Shown piece after piece: positions 61,888 through 64,000 of a stretch of DNA of 64,000 bases. Both the position numbers and the translations under genes were made by a program. The notes beneath the pieces are model-generated. The model did not search any database. It was not told where the DNA came from and saw only the letters and a list, made by a program, of their open reading frames with translations. Positions within the stretch are counted from its first letter, which is position 1. Each line of letters begins with the position of its first letter. The stretch is from Alphaproteobacteria bacterium (lineage in GTDB: Bacteria > Pseudomonadota > Alphaproteobacteria > SP197): NCBI GenBank assembly GCA_964291265.2, contig OZ219746.1, positions 64,001 to 128,000 of the forward strand, written 5' to 3'.

Positions 61888-63040
61888 ATGGACAAGATCG
61901 GCGGCGGCGATCCGGAAACCTGCTCGTCGGATGTCGTCACCGAGAAACTGCAGCACCTGAAGGCACATGTTCCCGGATGCGTTCACTGATGGCATGGTCG
62001 ATTTCGAGGTGCTCAAGCAGCTTCTCGGCGGTACGGTGGAGGAGCGCGAGGAAAAATACGGCCTTACCCGGCACGGCAAGCGACAGGCGAGACAGCACGC
62101 TCTGACGCCGTCTACCGGAACACTGCGCCCATGTCCGGAAGATAGCGTCGATTGGAATACGACCCGGAACCTGATGATCGAGGGCGACAACTTGGAGGTG
62201 CTGAAGCTTGTACAGAAAAGTTACGCAGGGAAAGTGAAGCTGATCCACATCGACCCACCCTACAATACGGGAAAGGACTTTGTCTACCCGGACGACTACA
62301 GGGACAGCATCCGAAGCGACCTGGAATCAACGGGACAGACGAACGGCGAGAGCCGAAAACTGTCGTCGAATACAGAGACATCCGGGCGGTATCACGCCGA
62401 TTGGATGAGCATGATCTATCCGCGACTGAAGGTCGCGCGAAATCTTCTGGGCAATGACGGCTTCACCCTGATGTCGATAGACGAAAACGAAGACTCCCAT
62501 TTGCGTATCTTGTGTGATGAGCTGTTTGGTTCGGAGAATTTTCTCTCGACGGTGACTTGGCGCCGCAAGAGAGAATCATCCAATGACGGAAAGGGGTTTG
62601 CCGTAAAAGGAGAGTTCCTATTGGCCTTTGGACGTGGTGAGGAAGGACAGCCGAATCGTCTTCCTCTTTCGGAATCATACTTGAATTCATCATATGGCAT
62701 CGACCATATCAGGCCCGACCGGAGCGAGCAGCACATCCTTTACGAGTTGCTGCTGAAGCTGGACCTCGATCTCTGCGGGCCCATCGAGAACCGGACCGTC
62801 GGTGGCAAATCCGTTCATTCGGTCGGGGCCGGCACGTTGATTTCCTGCTTGGACAAGAGGATTTCCCGTGAGGATGCCGAGACTTTGGCGCTCGGCATCG
62901 CCGAGTGGCGCGACGAGCTGGCGCCCGCCGGCGACACCGTCGCCATATTCCAGGACAGCGCCATCACAGACGACGTTGCCAAGACGAACCTCGCCGTGAT
63001 CCTTGAGCAGCGCGGTCTGGGGAATGTCCGAAGCCTGTGA
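61888..63040 (+). pseudogene. mod: Type III RM Mod methyltransferase, frameshifted with an internal deletion
   Basis: IEGDNLEVLK; IDPPYNTGKDFVY; jumps near 62700 to the C-terminal RSEQHILYELLLK; SAM-binding motif I absent; no res gene follows. Confidence 0.85.
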
Positions 63041-63065
63041 CGGGGCGAGATGAAGAAGATGGCCG

Positions 63066-63320
63066 ATGAACCGGCATGAGCGGCTGTTGCAGACCATTCT
63101 CGGTGGACGATCGGACGCGAACATCCGCTTCGCCGACCTTCGATCTCTGATGCAGCATCTGGGATTCGAGGAACGCATACGCGGAAGCCACCACTTTTTC
63201 GACAAGGTTGGGATTGTGGAGATTGTCAACCTGCAAAGCCGCAGCGGGCACGCCAAACCCTATCAGGTGAAGCAGGTCCGGCAGTTGATCCTGAAGTACG
63301 GACTGGGGAGAGATAACTGA
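63066..63320 (+). CDS. hicA: HicA-family toxin
   Basis: NIRFADL..LGFEERIRGSHH..NLQ..AKPYQVKQV. Confidence 0.88.
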   Translation: MNRHERLLQTILGGRSDANIRFADLRSLMQHLGFEERIRGSHHFFDKVGIVEIVNLQSRSGHAKPYQVKQVRQLILKYGLGRDN

Positions 63321-63532
63321 TGCACAAGTATGAGATAATTCTCTACTGGAGCAACGAAAACCAGGTGTTCATCGCCGAGGTGCCTGAATTGCCCGGGTGC
63401 ATGGCACACGGTGGCAGCCAGGAAGCCGCTCTCAGGAACGTAAACGACGCCATGAAGTTCTGGATCGAACGGGCGCAGGAATTGGGACGGCCCGTCCCTC
63501 AGCCGAAGGGCGAGCGCCTGATGCTTGCATGA
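63320..63532 (+). CDS. hicB: HicB-family antitoxin (short, no DNA-binding domain)
   Basis: YWS.E..FIAEVPELPGCMAHG..EAL..W..GRPVPQPKG; TGATG coupling to hicA. Confidence 0.9.
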   Translation: MHKYEIILYWSNENQVFIAEVPELPGCMAHGGSQEAALRNVNDAMKFWIERAQELGRPVPQPKGERLMLA

Positions 63533-63569
63533 TCGCGAACGACGATGACCGCATCGAAATTGGCGCTTG

Positions 63570-64000
63570 TCAGTCATGAAGCTGCGCACCGGCAGCCCGT
63601 CGGGGGTGAGCCTGGTGTTGGCCCTGACCTTCGCACTCTTCGAGACCGTGGCCCACCTTTCCACCGACGAGTTCCACCGCGCCCGAGCACCTTCGCGGTC
63701 GTCGTCCTCGGACAGCATCGGCGCGAGGCGCTGAGCGCATGTGCCATTCGCCATGCCGGACCAGCATGCACAGGACCATGTGGGCACGGACGTGATCCGG
63801 CGAACAGACGTAGACCGGACGGATCCGGAGGTGGCTCCTGGCGTTCCGGAACGCGCGCTCCACGCCTGCGAGGCTCTTGGTGAACCTCCACCGCCTCATC
63901 GCGGCCGATCGTCTCCGGACCGAGACTGAGCAGGAATGCGCATTGTCTCGATGACAGGCATACTCTGCGTTCGGACATGGAGACCGCCCGCCGGGTGGGG
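63570..64000 (-). pseudogene. IS1634-family transposase C-terminal remnant
   Basis: KSLAGVERAFR..LRIRPVY..HVRAHMVLCML..EWHMR, with frameshifts. Confidence 0.75.

Overview
High-GC bacterial DNA, alphaproteobacterial by gene order. Housekeeping genes are leuS, DUF3576, an agmatinase, gdhB, iscS/iscR/cysE, anmK, tyrS, a YhdP/AsmA-like gene and glnE. Three accessory zones interrupt this backbone. (1) A ~30 kb island (~2.9-33.3 kb) lies between a decayed tyrosine integrase and tRNA-Arg(CCT). It holds an apparently complete proteusin/NHLP RiPP cluster: two precursors with 37-aa, period-3 Ser/Thr-rich cores, a leader-only NHLP peptide, two YcaO cyclodehydratases, a SagB oxidase, a divergent LanM-like dehydratase with an eroded cyclase, and a full type I exporter. 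The island also holds an autotransporter with four near-identical 132-aa repeats and two AAA-ATPase/PD-(D/E)XK genes. One of these sits in a transposase-less cassette bounded by two IS66 left ends and an 8-bp target site duplication (TSD). (2) A decayed defence locus (39-47 kb) contains an IS66-family element carrying a small DNA adenine methyltransferase, nested in inverted orientation inside a near-copy of itself. The nest splits a DUF4365 gene. (3) The right end has a decayed type III RM locus, hicAB and transposase remnants. Many pseudogenes suggest genome erosion in a host-associated organism (inference). All family calls come from motif recognition by eye; no searches were run.
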